A model generated the notes under the pieces. The model saw only the letters and a list, made by a program, of their open reading frames with translations. It did no database searches and had not been told where the DNA came from. The position numbers and the translations under genes are program-made. Shown here piece by piece: positions 43,742 through 54,700 of a stretch of 64,000 nucleotides of DNA. The stretch lies in contig CAVTTN010000002.1 in assembly GCA_963737655.1 (NCBI GenBank), forward strand, positions 384,001 through 448,000. The letters are read 5' to 3'. This DNA comes from an uncultured Planctomycetota bacterium. Its GTDB lineage: Bacteria; Planctomycetota; Planctomycetia; Isosphaerales; Isosphaeraceae. Positions within the stretch are counted from its first letter, which is position 1; each line of letters begins with the position of its first letter.

Positions 43742-43816
43742 GGGCCGAAATCACGCCTCTTGGAGACCCCCGACCTCTGGGTATCGCTCGGGAGTTTGGG
43801 AATCCGGGTCGGAGCC

Positions 43817-43953
43817 GCTCTGTAGAAGACCCCGATCGACGAGGTGGATCGAGTCGGTCCGACTTCAGTCGGGCCGACAAAGATGCAGAGTTTTCTAGGC
43901 CCGACTGAAGTCGGACCGACTCGATCCCTTTCCATCACCGAGGTTTTCTACGG
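43817..43953. mobile_element. Family B REP-containing MITE
   Basis: GCTCTGTAGAAGACCC ... GGTTTTCTACGG ends around a CCGACTTCAGTCGG / CCGACTGAAGTCGG doublet. Confidence 0.8.
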
Positions 43954-44138
43954 TGAAGGTCGGAGTCCAAACATCGGGTGCCAACGGTCCTCGAACGGGG
44001 TCGCGAGATGACGAGATGCCCAGCGACCACGCATGGGTGCCCCGGTTCGAGAACCTGGCGCACCCGGATCGGCGATTTTAGGGAGCCGAAGCGACCCGTT
44101 CCGACCCTCCCCAACCCGTCCGACGATGGAGACTTCGG

Positions 44139-44166
44139 TTGACAGCCCGGGGCCGTCCGCTAGAAT
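44139..44166 (+). promoter_or_regulatory. Sigma70-like promoter upstream of exbB
   Basis: TTGACA-N16-TAGAAT. Confidence 0.5.
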
Positions 44167-44227
44167 CTTGACCTTGCGGGGCTCCCCGAAGGGACGAGGG
44201 GCCGGGTCGTCTCAGGGAGGTTCGCCG

Positions 44228-45088
44228 ATGGTCGGCCGGTCGTGGCCCTGGACGGTCTTCCTCGTTCTCGGCCTGGCGTCCGGCGGCCTGGCGCAGGAGC
44301 GTCCCGCCGGGCCGGTTCCGGCCGAGCCGCCGAAATCGGCCGCCGCGAAACCCGCCTCGGCCGCGAAGCCCTCGGGCGTCTCCCGCAAGAGCGTCCTGAG
44401 CGTCTTCCGGCCGGACAACCCCTTGCTCTGGCCCCTGGCGATCTGCTCGATCGTCACGCTGGGGTTCACCCTCGAACGGACGATCGCGCTGAGGAGAGGC
44501 CGGGTCGTCCCTCGCGACTTCGTCGCCCGGTTCGTCGAGCGGCTCGGCTCGGGCAAGCTCGATCGCGACCGCGCCGCCGAGCTTTGCAAGGCGAATGATA
44601 GCCCCGTGGCCCGGGTCTTCGGCCACGCCGTCCGCTACTGGGGCCAGCCGGCCACCGAGATCCGCCAGGCCCTCGATCACGACGCCGGCGCCGAGATCCT
44701 CGACCTCAAGCGGAATTGCCGGGCCCTGAATGGCACGGCCACGCTCGCCCCGCTCCTCGGCCTGCTCGGCACGGTGGTCGGGATGATCGAGGCGTTCGAC
44801 TCGCTCTCCTCGCCCCAGGTGGCCGGGATGGGCAAGAGCGAGGCCCTGGCCCACGGGATCAGCCTGGCCCTGGTCACCACGGCGCTGGGCCTGGGCATCG
44901 CGATCGTCTCGGTCGTCGCCTACTCGATGCTCCTGCACAAGGTCGATGTCCTGGCCGGGGAGCTCGACGACTCGGCCCAGATGGTCATCGACCTCGTCAG
45001 CGGGGAGAACGGCCGGGCCTTCGCCGATCGCCGGGGGACCTCGGGACCCAATGACTCCCCCCGACACGCCCGGACCGAGGCCCTCTGA
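44228..45088 (+). CDS. MotA/TolQ/ExbB proton channel protein
   Basis: APLLGLLGTV.GMI.AF and GIS.ALVTTA.GL motifs, with a GGAGG RBS. Confidence 0.92.
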   Translation: MVGRSWPWTVFLVLGLASGGLAQERPAGPVPAEPPKSAAAKPASAAKPSGVSRKSVLSVFRPDNPLLWPLAICSIVTLGFTLERTIALRRGRVVPRDFVARFVERLGSGKLDRDRAAELCKANDSPVARVFGHAVRYWGQPATEIRQALDHDAGAEILDLKRNCRALNGTATLAPLLGLLGTVVGMIEAFDSLSSPQVAGMGKSEALAHGISLALVTTALGLGIAIVSVVAYSMLLHKVDVLAGELDDSAQMVIDLVSGENGRAFADRRGTSGPNDSPRHARTEAL

Positions 45089-45510
45089 TGCTCTCCCGGC
45101 ACATGGGCTCGGACGAGATGCCCGTCATCAACATGACGCCGATGGTGGACGTCGTCCTCTGCCTCCTCGTCTTCTTCATGGCCGCGACGAAGCTTTATGA
45201 CTGGGACGAGGAGCAATTCACCGTCCGGGTCCCCGAGGTCTCCGACGCCGCCCCGCTCACGGCCGCCCCCGAGGATTTGACGATCACCGTCCTCGGCCCC
45301 GGCAAGGTCGAGATGGGCGGCAAGGACTATGACCTGAAATCGCTGGCCGAGGCGCTCAAGGCCGCTCGGGAGCGGTTCGCCGATCAGGGCGTTTTGGTCC
45401 GGGGGAACTCGACCGAGCCGTATCAGCACATGGCCGACGCCCTCTCGGCCTGCGAATCGGCGGGGATCGCCAACGTCCGCCTCCTCGTCCGCCCGAAGGC
45501 CGCCGAGTAG
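45088..45510 (+). CDS. ExbD/TolR family protein
   Basis: INMTPMVDVVLCLLVFFM, with a TGATG overlap. Confidence 0.92.
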   Translation: MLSRHMGSDEMPVINMTPMVDVVLCLLVFFMAATKLYDWDEEQFTVRVPEVSDAAPLTAAPEDLTITVLGPGKVEMGGKDYDLKSLAEALKAARERFADQGVLVRGNSTEPYQHMADALSACESAGIANVRLLVRPKAAE

Positions 45511-45552
45511 CATCCCGATTCGAAACCGCCCCCACTCCGAGGATTCGCCCGA

Positions 45553-46245
45553 ATGGACCGGCTCCGCGCCCTCTACCAAAGCATCAAGAGCCTCGCCGAC
45601 CCGACCTATCTGAACACTCTGGCCGGTTCGATGGGCGGGGGGATGTACCTGCTCCTCTTCGCGATCATCTTCGCGGAGACCGGGCTGGTCGTCACGCCGT
45701 TCCTGCCGGGCGACTCGCTCCTGTTCGCCGTGGGGGCGATGGCCGCGGTGGGGGCGTCGCCGATCAACCTGCCGCTGACGGCGGTCCTCCTGATCGTCGC
45801 GGCCGTCCTGGGGGACGCGGTGAACTACGCCATCGGCGCGAAGCTCGGGCCGAAAGTCTTCTCGCGAGAGGATTCGCGGCTCCTGAACAAGAAGCACCTC
45901 CTCGAAGCGCAGAGGTTCTACGACAAGTACGGCGGCAAGACGATCATCCTGGCCAGGTTCGTCCCGATCGTCCGCACGTTCGCCCCGTTCGTCGCCGGGG
46001 TGGGGCGGATGAGCTACCGCAAGTTCTTCGCCTACAACGTGATCGGCGGGGCCGCCTGGGTGCTCATCTGCCTGATCGCCGGCCGGGTCTTTGGCGGGAT
46101 CGATTACGTCCAGAAACATTTTGAGCTGGTCGCGCTGGCGATCGTCGCCATCTCGCTCCTGCCGGTGGCCATCGAGCTGATCCGGGCCCGGCTCGCCAGG
46201 AAGGCCGAGCCGGCCGCCGAGCTCCCGGCCGAGGCCGGCGGCTGA
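45553..46245 (+). CDS. dedA: DedA family membrane protein
   Basis: FAETGL, PFLPGDSLLF and ARFVPIVRTFAPFVAG motifs. Confidence 0.92.
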   Translation: MDRLRALYQSIKSLADPTYLNTLAGSMGGGMYLLLFAIIFAETGLVVTPFLPGDSLLFAVGAMAAVGASPINLPLTAVLLIVAAVLGDAVNYAIGAKLGPKVFSREDSRLLNKKHLLEAQRFYDKYGGKTIILARFVPIVRTFAPFVAGVGRMSYRKFFAYNVIGGAAWVLICLIAGRVFGGIDYVQKHFELVALAIVAISLLPVAIELIRARLARKAEPAAELPAEAGG

Positions 46246-46255
46246 TCCGGACTCG

Positions 46256-48346
46256 TCACCTCTTCTTCTTCGCCGGGGCCGAGGTCGCGGCCTTGACCTC
46301 CAACGAGCGGACGAATCGGCGGCGGTCGGTGGCCGAGAGGGCTTCTTTCGATCCCGAGGCGACCGCCGAGAAGACCCGGCTCCCGGCCACGACCACCCGG
46401 GCCTGGGCTTCGATCTCCGAGTCTCCCTCGGTGAAGTGGAACTCCACGTCGCGGCCGATGTGGCCGTTGGGCTGGATGGCGACGTCGGATTGGACGGCTC
46501 CGCCCATGTCCGCGACGATCTTTTTCGCCGTCTCGTCGGCCACCTTCGCCGGAGTCGTCCCTTTTTTCTCGGAGGCGGTCAGGTCGCGATAGGACAGGCG
46601 GAACAGGGGGCCAGCTTCGCCCGCTCGGACGGTGAACGCCCGGGTCTTGCCCAGCTTCGGGCCGGTCGATTCGTCGGCCTCCTCGGGTGCGGCGGGCATG
46701 TCGATCGCGAAGTTCCCTCCGGGGGCCGAGAACTCCGACCATTCGGGCCGGAACCGGGCGATTTTCGGTTTGGGCCGGGGCGTCAGCGAGTTCAAGAAGG
46801 TGTTCACGGCTTCCATGTGGCTTCGGAGCGATCCGGCCGGCGCGAAGGCCACGGCGACGTAGGCGGTCGGGCCGTCGGGGATCACGAACGCCTCGCCCTG
46901 GCTGGTTTCGGCGTCGGCGACGGGCTTCACGGAGAGCCGGAGCCTCTGGGCGGCCCGGCCGTCGCGGGACAGCCCGCTTTGCCGGACGACCTCGGCTCCG
47001 AAAACGCCCTGGAGGATCGCCTTGCCGCCCTCGAACGGGTCGCGCATCATCCCCGAGGAACCGCCGGCGCCGGTCTGGCCGACGAGGACGGCGTACGTCA
47101 CGCCGTCGGCCGTCGCGGATCGGAGGCGGACGGCCACGTCCTTGCCCGAGATCGAGACGGTTTGCTCGCGATCCTGGACCTGGGGAGGCATCATCGCCCG
47201 GTAGCGGTCGGCCTCGGAGACGGTCTCGACCCACGGGGGGGCCGGGGCAGGGGCAGGGGCCTCGGCGCGGTCCGGGGCGGTCAGGCGGAAGGAGTCGAAG
47301 AAGGCGTTGATGGCCGGGTCGTCGAGCCGGGCGCGGTCGCCGATCACGCGAAGGTCGTAGACGCGGGGACCGGTCACGATCAGACGGAACCGGCCTCCCT
47401 GGGGAGGCCCGTTGGGCTCGCTCGGCGGGGCGTCGTAGCGGAATTCCAGGGTCGAGTGGCCGAACATCCGGGTCGCGCGAGACTGGGTTTGCGTCCCCGA
47501 GTCGCGGCGGATCGCCGAGGTCTTGTAGTCGTCCAGGAACTTGGCCTGATCCGCCGGGGGCACCGGGTTGACCAGTTCGAGGACCAGGACGTTGACCGCC
47601 AGGCCCGGCGGCTCGGCGAAGGTCACGAGGATCTTCCTGGTCACTCCGCCCTGGCGAGGAGGCTGGACCTTCTCCTGGGGCGAGTCCGGCATCCGGACGG
47701 AATACCCGCCTTCGGCCGAGGTATAGTCGGTCGGCTTCGCCGGCAAGGCCCGGGGCGGATCGCCCGGTCCGGCCGGTGCCGGGTCGGGCGGGGCCTGGGC
47801 CGTCCGCTCGCTGGGCGTCACCGGGTTCAACAGCCGGAATGACCTGAGGAACGCATCCCCGACCGGCCCGTTCACCCGATCCTTCGACCCGGCGACCATC
47901 ACGTTGTACAGCCGGTTGCGGACGAGGGTGGCCCGCGACCGGATCAGCACGCCGTCGGGAAGGGCCTTGCTGGCCGGCATCTGGACGACATATTCCCGGG
48001 ACGGGTGGCCATCGAGGGTCGATTCCTTCCTCGACAGGAATTTCCCGCCCTTGGCGGCGAGCGCCTCGGGCTGGCCCTCATCGAGGATCGCCTTCGCGTC
48101 GATGGAGGCGAAGTTCTCGGGGTAATCGTTGACCAGGACGGCGAAGTTCAGCCCGTCGGTCCCATCGACCCGGTGGACCCGGAAATGGATCGGCCCGGAG
48201 TCCGAGGGCTCGTCGTGGGTCGAGAGCTTCGGGGCCGCCGGGAACGCGACCGAGAAGTTCAGCTCGGGCGACTCATACGGCTTCTTCGCCGTCTTCCCGC
48301 ATCCGCAGGCCAGGAGCAGCAGCACACAGCCGACAAGGCGCTTCAT
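46256..48346 (-). CDS. Lipoprotein with four tandem PsbP/DcrB-like domains
   Basis: Lipobox-like LLACGC and four units beginning [FY]xxx[FM]PxxP and ending FxxS[FL]. Confidence 0.65.
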   Translation of the reverse strand: MKRLVGCVLLLLACGCGKTAKKPYESPELNFSVAFPAAPKLSTHDEPSDSGPIHFRVHRVDGTDGLNFAVLVNDYPENFASIDAKAILDEGQPEALAAKGGKFLSRKESTLDGHPSREYVVQMPASKALPDGVLIRSRATLVRNRLYNVMVAGSKDRVNGPVGDAFLRSFRLLNPVTPSERTAQAPPDPAPAGPGDPPRALPAKPTDYTSAEGGYSVRMPDSPQEKVQPPRQGGVTRKILVTFAEPPGLAVNVLVLELVNPVPPADQAKFLDDYKTSAIRRDSGTQTQSRATRMFGHSTLEFRYDAPPSEPNGPPQGGRFRLIVTGPRVYDLRVIGDRARLDDPAINAFFDSFRLTAPDRAEAPAPAPAPPWVETVSEADRYRAMMPPQVQDREQTVSISGKDVAVRLRSATADGVTYAVLVGQTGAGGSSGMMRDPFEGGKAILQGVFGAEVVRQSGLSRDGRAAQRLRLSVKPVADAETSQGEAFVIPDGPTAYVAVAFAPAGSLRSHMEAVNTFLNSLTPRPKPKIARFRPEWSEFSAPGGNFAIDMPAAPEEADESTGPKLGKTRAFTVRAGEAGPLFRLSYRDLTASEKKGTTPAKVADETAKKIVADMGGAVQSDVAIQPNGHIGRDVEFHFTEGDSEIEAQARVVVAGSRVFSAVASGSKEALSATDRRRFVRSLEVKAATSAPAKKKR

Positions 48347-48454
48347 GAAGGGGGGCTCCGAGGGGGGATTTCGGCCCATCACGATATCATCAGAGGACGA
48401 GGGCTGCCATCCCCCGGGCGGCGCCTCGGGACCGTCGTTGGCATTCGCCGGGCG

Positions 48455-48610
48455 GGTCGGTAGGATGGATCGGGTCCGGTCGCGGCGGTCGAGGCCGCCG
48501 GACTCCCGCCGATTCGCCCCCTTCGGATGCTCGCCATGCCCTCGCCGAACGACCGCCCCTCCCTGCGCTCCGACACCATCACCAGGGGCGACTCCCTCGC
48601 CGGCCATCGC
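48455..48610 (+). repeat. 156-bp direct repeat, copy 1 (duplicate of the ilvD upstream region and first ~25 codons)
   Basis: Matches 49487-49642 with 2 substitutions. Confidence 0.92.
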
Positions 48611-48785
48611 GGACATTTCCAGGAAGGGACCTGAGCTGATCGCCCGCCGATCCAGTTTCCGTCTCCAGCCTCGGGACCAGCGTCTCGACCTAGAAGGAGC
48701 CGAAGAATCGCCTTCGGTCGTGCTCCCGCCCGATCCCGAATCGGCGGGTCGCGGACGGTCTCCGACGGGGTGAGGACGGCTGTCC

Positions 48786-49226
48786 ATGCGGATCTATCTC
48801 GACATGTGTAGCCTTCAGAGGCCGCTGGACGACCGATCCCAGCTCCGGGTGCGCCTGGAGGCCGAGGCCGTTCTCGCGGTCCTCTCGCATTGCCGATCGG
48901 GCCGGTCCGAGATCTTCTCGTCCGATGCCCTCGAATATGAGGCGGTGCGCAACCCGCACCCTGTTCGGCGGGCCCATGCCCTGGATATCCTGGGAGAGGC
49001 GGACGAGTTCGTTGTCGCCTCCCCAGAGCTCGAAACTCGGGCCCGGACGTGGGTCGAAGCCGGCCTCAAGCCCTTGGACGCGCTCCATCTGGCCGGTGCT
49101 GTGGAGGCCGGGGCCGATTTCTTCTGCACCTGCGACGATCGCTTGTTGAAGAGGGCGCGGTCGCTGAACACGGGGGCGACCCGGGTCCTCAGCCCTCTGG
49201 AACTCTTCGGGGAGCTCGGGCGATGA
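48786..49226 (+). CDS. PIN-domain (VapC-like) toxin
   Basis: IYLD, conserved E, and DALHLA.A...A..F.T.D motifs. Confidence 0.88.
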   Translation: MRIYLDMCSLQRPLDDRSQLRVRLEAEAVLAVLSHCRSGRSEIFSSDALEYEAVRNPHPVRRAHALDILGEADEFVVASPELETRARTWVEAGLKPLDALHLAGAVEAGADFFCTCDDRLLKRARSLNTGATRVLSPLELFGELGR

Positions 49227-49432
49227 GCGATCGGCAAGAGCCGCTGGCCGAGGTGACGAGCCGGGCGTTCGAGATCCTCTACCGCGAGCTCGGGCCGGTC
49301 GATACGCTCCGGTTCATCGGCCAGTTCACGACCGGGCTCGGCGACTACACCGTCGAGCGGGACGCCCTCCAGGATTCGCGGACCCTGGACCAGATCCTCG
49401 CCGAGATCCGCGAGAAGAAGCCGCGGGGATAG
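49223..49432 (+). CDS. Putative antitoxin coupled to the PIN toxin
   Basis: ATGA overlap and L.RELG.VDTLRFI.Q...G.GDYT.ER. Confidence 0.75.
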   Translation: MSDRQEPLAEVTSRAFEILYRELGPVDTLRFIGQFTTGLGDYTVERDALQDSRTLDQILAEIREKKPRG

Positions 49433-49486
49433 CCGGCCCGGCGGGACTCGATCGGCCGGGGCTCCGCGGTTGGAATCCTTCCGGGC

Positions 49487-49642
49487 GGTCGGTAGGATGG
49501 ATCGGGTCCGGTCGCGGCGGTCGAGGCCGCCGGACTCCCGCCGATTCGCCCCCTTCGGATGCTCGCCATGCCCTCGCCGAACGACCGCCCCTCCCTGCGC
49601 TCCGACACCATCACCAGAGGCGACTCCCGCGCCGGCCATCGC
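49487..49642 (+). repeat. 156-bp direct repeat, copy 2 (functional ilvD 5' end)
   Basis: Matches 48455-48610. Confidence 0.92.
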
Positions 49643-51454
49643 AGCTTGCTCCGCGCCACCGGGGTCCAGGAAGGGGACTGGGGCAAGCCGTTCATCGCGA
49701 TTTGCAACAGCCATGTCGACATCATCCCGGGCCACGTCCACCTCCAGGAGGTGGGCAATTACGTGAAGGAGTGCGTCCGCGAGGCGGGCGGCGTGCCGTT
49801 CATCTTCAACACGATCGGCGTGGACGACGGGATCGCGATGGGCCACAGGGGGATGAAGTATTCCCTCCCCTCTCGCGAGCTGATCGCCGATTGCGTGGAG
49901 ACGATGATCGAGGCCCACCGCTTCGACGCCATGATCTGCATCCCGAACTGCGACAAGATCGTGCCGGGGATGTTCATGGGGGCCATGCGATGCAACATCC
50001 CCACCCTGTTCGTCTCGGGCGGGCCGATGGAGGCGGGGAAGACCGAATCGGGCCAGACCGTGGACCTGATCGACGCCTTCATCGCGTCGGCGAAGAGGCA
50101 GCAGGGGCAGATCTCGGCCGAGGAGCTGGAGGCCATCGAGATGGCCGCCTGCCCGACGTGCGGGAGCTGCTCGGGGATGTTCACGGCCAACAGCATGAAC
50201 TGCCTGGCGGAGGCGATCGGGATGGCGCTGCCCGGCAACGGCACGATCCTCGCCACGTCGGCCGATCGCAAGTCGCTGTACCGCCGGGCGGCGAAGCGGG
50301 TGGTCGAGATGGCCCTGGACTTCGCCCGACTCGGGCCCGGCCACGGGATCCTGCCCCGGGAGATCGCCAGCCTCGCCGCGTTCGACAACGCGATGATCCT
50401 CGACATGGCGATGGGCGGCAGCACCAACACGCTCCTTCACCTCCTGGCGATCGCCCACGAGGCCGAGGTCCCGTATTCGATGGGCCGGATCAACGAGCTC
50501 GCCCGGAAGACGCCCAACCTCTGCAAGGTGGCGCCCTCGGGCAAGTACCACGTCGAGGACGTGGCCCGGGCCGGGGGGATTCACACGATCCTGGGGGAGG
50601 TCGCGCGAGGCTGCCCCGGCCTGCTCGACCCGTCGGTGCCGACGGTCACCGGGCATTCCCTGGGCGAGAACATCGCCGCGTATGACGTCCGCCAGGCGGA
50701 ATCGGCGGCCCATGCCCGGGACCTCACCAGGGTCCGGCCCGGAGGGAAGCGGACGACTCGCGCGTGGAGCGTCCCGAGCGTGGCGGAGGACCCGGAGACG
50801 TCGCTGGCCGTCCTGGACGCCCCCGAATCGGCGGAATCCGGCGACGGATTCGATCCGTTCGACGTGATCCGCACGGTCGAGACCGCCTATTCGGCCGAGG
50901 GGGGCCTGTCGATCCTCTACGGCAACCTCGCCCCCGATGGCGCCGTGGTGAAGACGGCCGGAGTGGACCCGGCGATGCTCCGCCACGTCGGCCCGGCGGT
51001 GATCTTCGAGAGCGAGGAGGACGCTTATAACGGGATCGTCTTCGGCAAGGTGAAGGCCGGCGACGTGGTGGTGATCCGGTACGAAGGCCCCCGGGGCGGC
51101 CCCGGGATGCAGGAGATGCTGGCGCCGACGACGGCGATCAAGGGGGTGGGACTGGGGGAACGCTGCGCCCTGGTGACCGACGGCCGGTTCTCCGGAGGGA
51201 CGGCCGGGGCGTCGATCGGCCACGTGAGCCCCGAGGCGGCGATGGGAGGGCCGATCGCCCTGATCCGCGAGGGGGACGCCATCGAGATCGACATCCCGGC
51301 CGGGCGGCTCTCGGTCAGGCTGTCCGACGACGAACTGGACGCGAGGCGCCAAGCCTGGTCGCCGCCGGCTCCGAAAATCTCCAGGGGCTACCTCGCCCGG
51401 TACGCCCGGATGGCCACCAGCGCCGACACGGGGGCCATCCTGCGATGGGAATGA
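49568..51454 (+). CDS. ilvD: Dihydroxy-acid dehydratase
   Basis: [38 protein letters not shown] and TDGRFSG motifs. Confidence 0.97.
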   Translation: MPSPNDRPSLRSDTITRGDSRAGHRSLLRATGVQEGDWGKPFIAICNSHVDIIPGHVHLQEVGNYVKECVREAGGVPFIFNTIGVDDGIAMGHRGMKYSLPSRELIADCVETMIEAHRFDAMICIPNCDKIVPGMFMGAMRCNIPTLFVSGGPMEAGKTESGQTVDLIDAFIASAKRQQGQISAEELEAIEMAACPTCGSCSGMFTANSMNCLAEAIGMALPGNGTILATSADRKSLYRRAAKRVVEMALDFARLGPGHGILPREIASLAAFDNAMILDMAMGGSTNTLLHLLAIAHEAEVPYSMGRINELARKTPNLCKVAPSGKYHVEDVARAGGIHTILGEVARGCPGLLDPSVPTVTGHSLGENIAAYDVRQAESAAHARDLTRVRPGGKRTTRAWSVPSVAEDPETSLAVLDAPESAESGDGFDPFDVIRTVETAYSAEGGLSILYGNLAPDGAVVKTAGVDPAMLRHVGPAVIFESEEDAYNGIVFGKVKAGDVVVIRYEGPRGGPGMQEMLAPTTAIKGVGLGERCALVTDGRFSGGTAGASIGHVSPEAAMGGPIALIREGDAIEIDIPAGRLSVRLSDDELDARRQAWSPPAPKISRGYLARYARMATSADTGAILRWE

Positions 51455-51634
51455 TCGGGCGTCATGGCCGTCACCCCCGGCGCAACCCGTTCTGGCCGAT
51501 CGGAAACCGCCGAGGGGCCGGCGAGTTGGCTCGGGTCGCCCCGATGCCCGGCCGATACGAGAGCAGACAAGTCCCGGACCCCCTCACGGCGGGGGAGGCG
51601 GGGAAAATATTGCGTGCATGGGTGGATTTTCTAT

Positions 51635-51664
51635 TTGACAGGGGTGGCGCGCGACTGTTATCGT
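51635..51664 (+). promoter_or_regulatory. Sigma70-like promoter
   Basis: TTGACA-N18-TATCGT with a TGn extended -10. Confidence 0.4.
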
Positions 51665-51777
51665 CGTGAGACATCCGGTCATATAGGGACGAGATAACGC
51701 CGGCCCCCGAGGTGGGGGGGCGCCACCGGACGGCGCGTTCGAGACCCGGTCCTCTGCGCGATCTGGAGATGACTCTC

Positions 51778-54700
51778 ATGAGCGGTAGCCGATTGGGCCA
51801 TGGGCGGCCGGGGGGACGGGTCCGCCGCGAGGCGAGGCGGCCGGGCGTCGAGGCCCTGGAGGCCCGCCGGCTGCTGGCGACGTTCACCGTCACGAACAAT
51901 CAAGATTTGCTGCTGGGCGTGGTCGTCCCGGGCTCGCTCCGGGACGAGATCGACAAGGCCAACGCCAATCCGGGCCCCGACAAGATCGTCTTCAACATCG
52001 CCGGCTCGGGCATCCACACGATCGAGCCCTCGATCGCCCTGCCCACGATCACCGACGCGGTGTCGATCGACGGCACGACCCAGCCCGGTTACGCCGGGCA
52101 GCCGCTGATCGAGATCGATGGCGCGATCGCGGGGGTGGGCGTCCCGGGCCTCCGCCTGGCCAGCGGCAGCATCCTGGTGAAGGCCCTGGCGATCAACCGC
52201 TTCACCGGGGCGGGCATCCGGGTCGAGGCCAACCAGGACACGATCCAGCTCTGCTTCCTCGGCACCAACCCCACGGGCAACTCCGCCGAGGGCAACGGCG
52301 ACGCGGGTCTGTACCTGGCCGGCGCCTCCAATACGATGATCGGCGGCTACGACGCCACGTCCGGGTCGTCGCTGGGGAATGTGATCGCCGGCAACGGGGC
52401 CGGGGGGATCAACATCTTCGGCAACGGCGCCACGAGCAATCAGGTGCTGGGCAACTTCATCGGCACCGACGTCTCGGGCGGCCGTGGGGTCGGCAACACG
52501 GGCGACGGCCTGATCATCAACGGCGGCAGCTTCAACCTGATCGGCGGGACCGACCTGGGTTCGGCCAACGTGATCTCGGGCAACTCGGGCAACGGCGTCC
52601 ACATCCTGGGCGGCGCCCACAACAACTCGGTCATGGACAACTACATCGGCACCGACGGCAGCCCGTCGGGCGCCGGCACCGGCTCCACCTCCGGCGGCAA
52701 TATCCCGGTGGCCAATGGCGCCGCCGGGGTCGCGATCAATGACTCCCCGCGCAACTTCATCGGCGGGAGCGGCGACCCGAACGGCGGGAACATCATCTCG
52801 GGCAACACGGGCGCGGGCGTCCTGATCAACAATTCCAATTCCGTGCTGGTCCAGGGCAACATCATCGGGGCCGACTACTCGGGCACCAAGAACCTCGGCA
52901 ATCTGGGCACGGGCGTCGATGTGGTCATGAGCTCCGGCGTCCAGATCGGCGGGACGCTCTCGGGCGCCTCGAACATCATCGCCTTCAACGGCAAGCCCGG
53001 GTCCAGCGGCGGGGCAACGATCGAGTCGGGCACGAACAACCCGATCCTCAACAACTCGTTCTTCAGCAACTACGGCCTGGGGATCATCCTGAGCAGCCCC
53101 GGGGGCCAGCCGGTCCTCAACGGCTCCCAGGGGACGACCGGGCCGAATAACTATCAGCCGTTCCCGGTGCTGACCGAGGCCGCCACCGCCGCCGGGAGGA
53201 CGCTGATCCAGGGCACGATCACCGCCCAGGCCAACACCGTCTACACCATCCAGTTCTACTCCAATGCGAGCCGGGACCCGAGCAACTTCGGCGAGGGCCA
53301 GTCCCTGATCGGCACGAAGCTGATCACCACCGACGGCACGGGCCTCGGCACGATCAACGTGACGCTGCCCACGCCCACGGTCGTCGGCCAGTACGTCTCG
53401 GCCACCGCCACGGACCCCATGGGCAACACGTCCGAGTTCTCCCTGGACCAGCAGGTCACCCAGGCGAACCAGGCGAACCTCGCCGTGGCGATCGTCGCCA
53501 CGCCGAACCCCTCGACGCTCGGCTCGCCGCTGAGCTACACGCTGACGATCTCCAACAACGGACCGGACCCGGCCACCGGGGTCCAGCTCGTCGACACCCT
53601 GCCCCTGGGCGTCACGTTCGACTCGGCCACGGCGACCCAGGGGACCGTCTCCCCGGCCGCGAACCTGGTCATCGGCGACATCGGCACCATCGCCCCGCTG
53701 GCGACGGTCACGGTCACCATCGTCGTGACTCCCAACGCGACCGGCCAGGTCGTCAACACGGCCAACGTCACCTCCGGGGAGATCGACCCGGACACCAGCG
53801 ACAACACGGCCACCCAGACGACCACGGTGGACATCCCGGCCGACCTGGGCGTGACCCTCAAGAGCGACCCGACCTCGGTGACCGTCGGCCAGAACGTCAG
53901 CCTCGTGGCGATCGTGACCAACTTCGGCCCCGGGGCCGCGACCGGGGCGAAGATGACGATCACGCTGCCCCCGGGCGTGAGCTACGTCACGTCCGCCTCG
54001 GGGCAGGGGTCCACCACGTACGCCAACGGCGTGGTCACGGCCAACATCGGCACCCTGGCCAACGGCGTCTCCTCGGCGGTCCGGGTCACGGTCACGGCGC
54101 CGATCTCGGTGCCGGCCTCCGGCGCCCTGAGCGTCTCGGCGAGCGTCTCGGCCAACGAGATCGAGCCGGCCGGGCCCGACCCGACGCCCAACACGGTGAC
54201 CCTGGCCGTGCCGGTCCTGCCGTCGTCGGACCTCTCGGTCACGCTCACGCCCAACCCCGAGCCGATCCTCGCCGGCCAGAACCTCACCTACAGCTACGTC
54301 GTCCAGAACAACGGGCCGAGCGCGGCGACCAACGTCCTGTTCAGCAACGTGGTCCCGGCCGGCGTCCAGTTCCTCGCGGTTCCTCCGCCGAGCCAGGGAT
54401 CGGCGCTCTACGACGGGACGACCGTCTCGGCCAACCTCGGCACGATCGCCCCGGGCGGGTCCGTCACCGGCACCTTCGTCGTCCGGCCGCTGAACCCCGG
54501 CTCCTCCCCGACACGGCCCGGGTCTCCGCCGATCAGCCCGACCCGGTCCTCACCAACAACACCGCCACCATCGTTTCGACGGTGAGCCCGGCGGACCTCG
54601 GCCTCTCGGTCTCCGCCACGCCCGACCCGGCCGCCGCCGGCCACAACCTGACCTACACGATCATCGTCAGCAACGCCGGGCCCGCCGACTCGACGAATAC

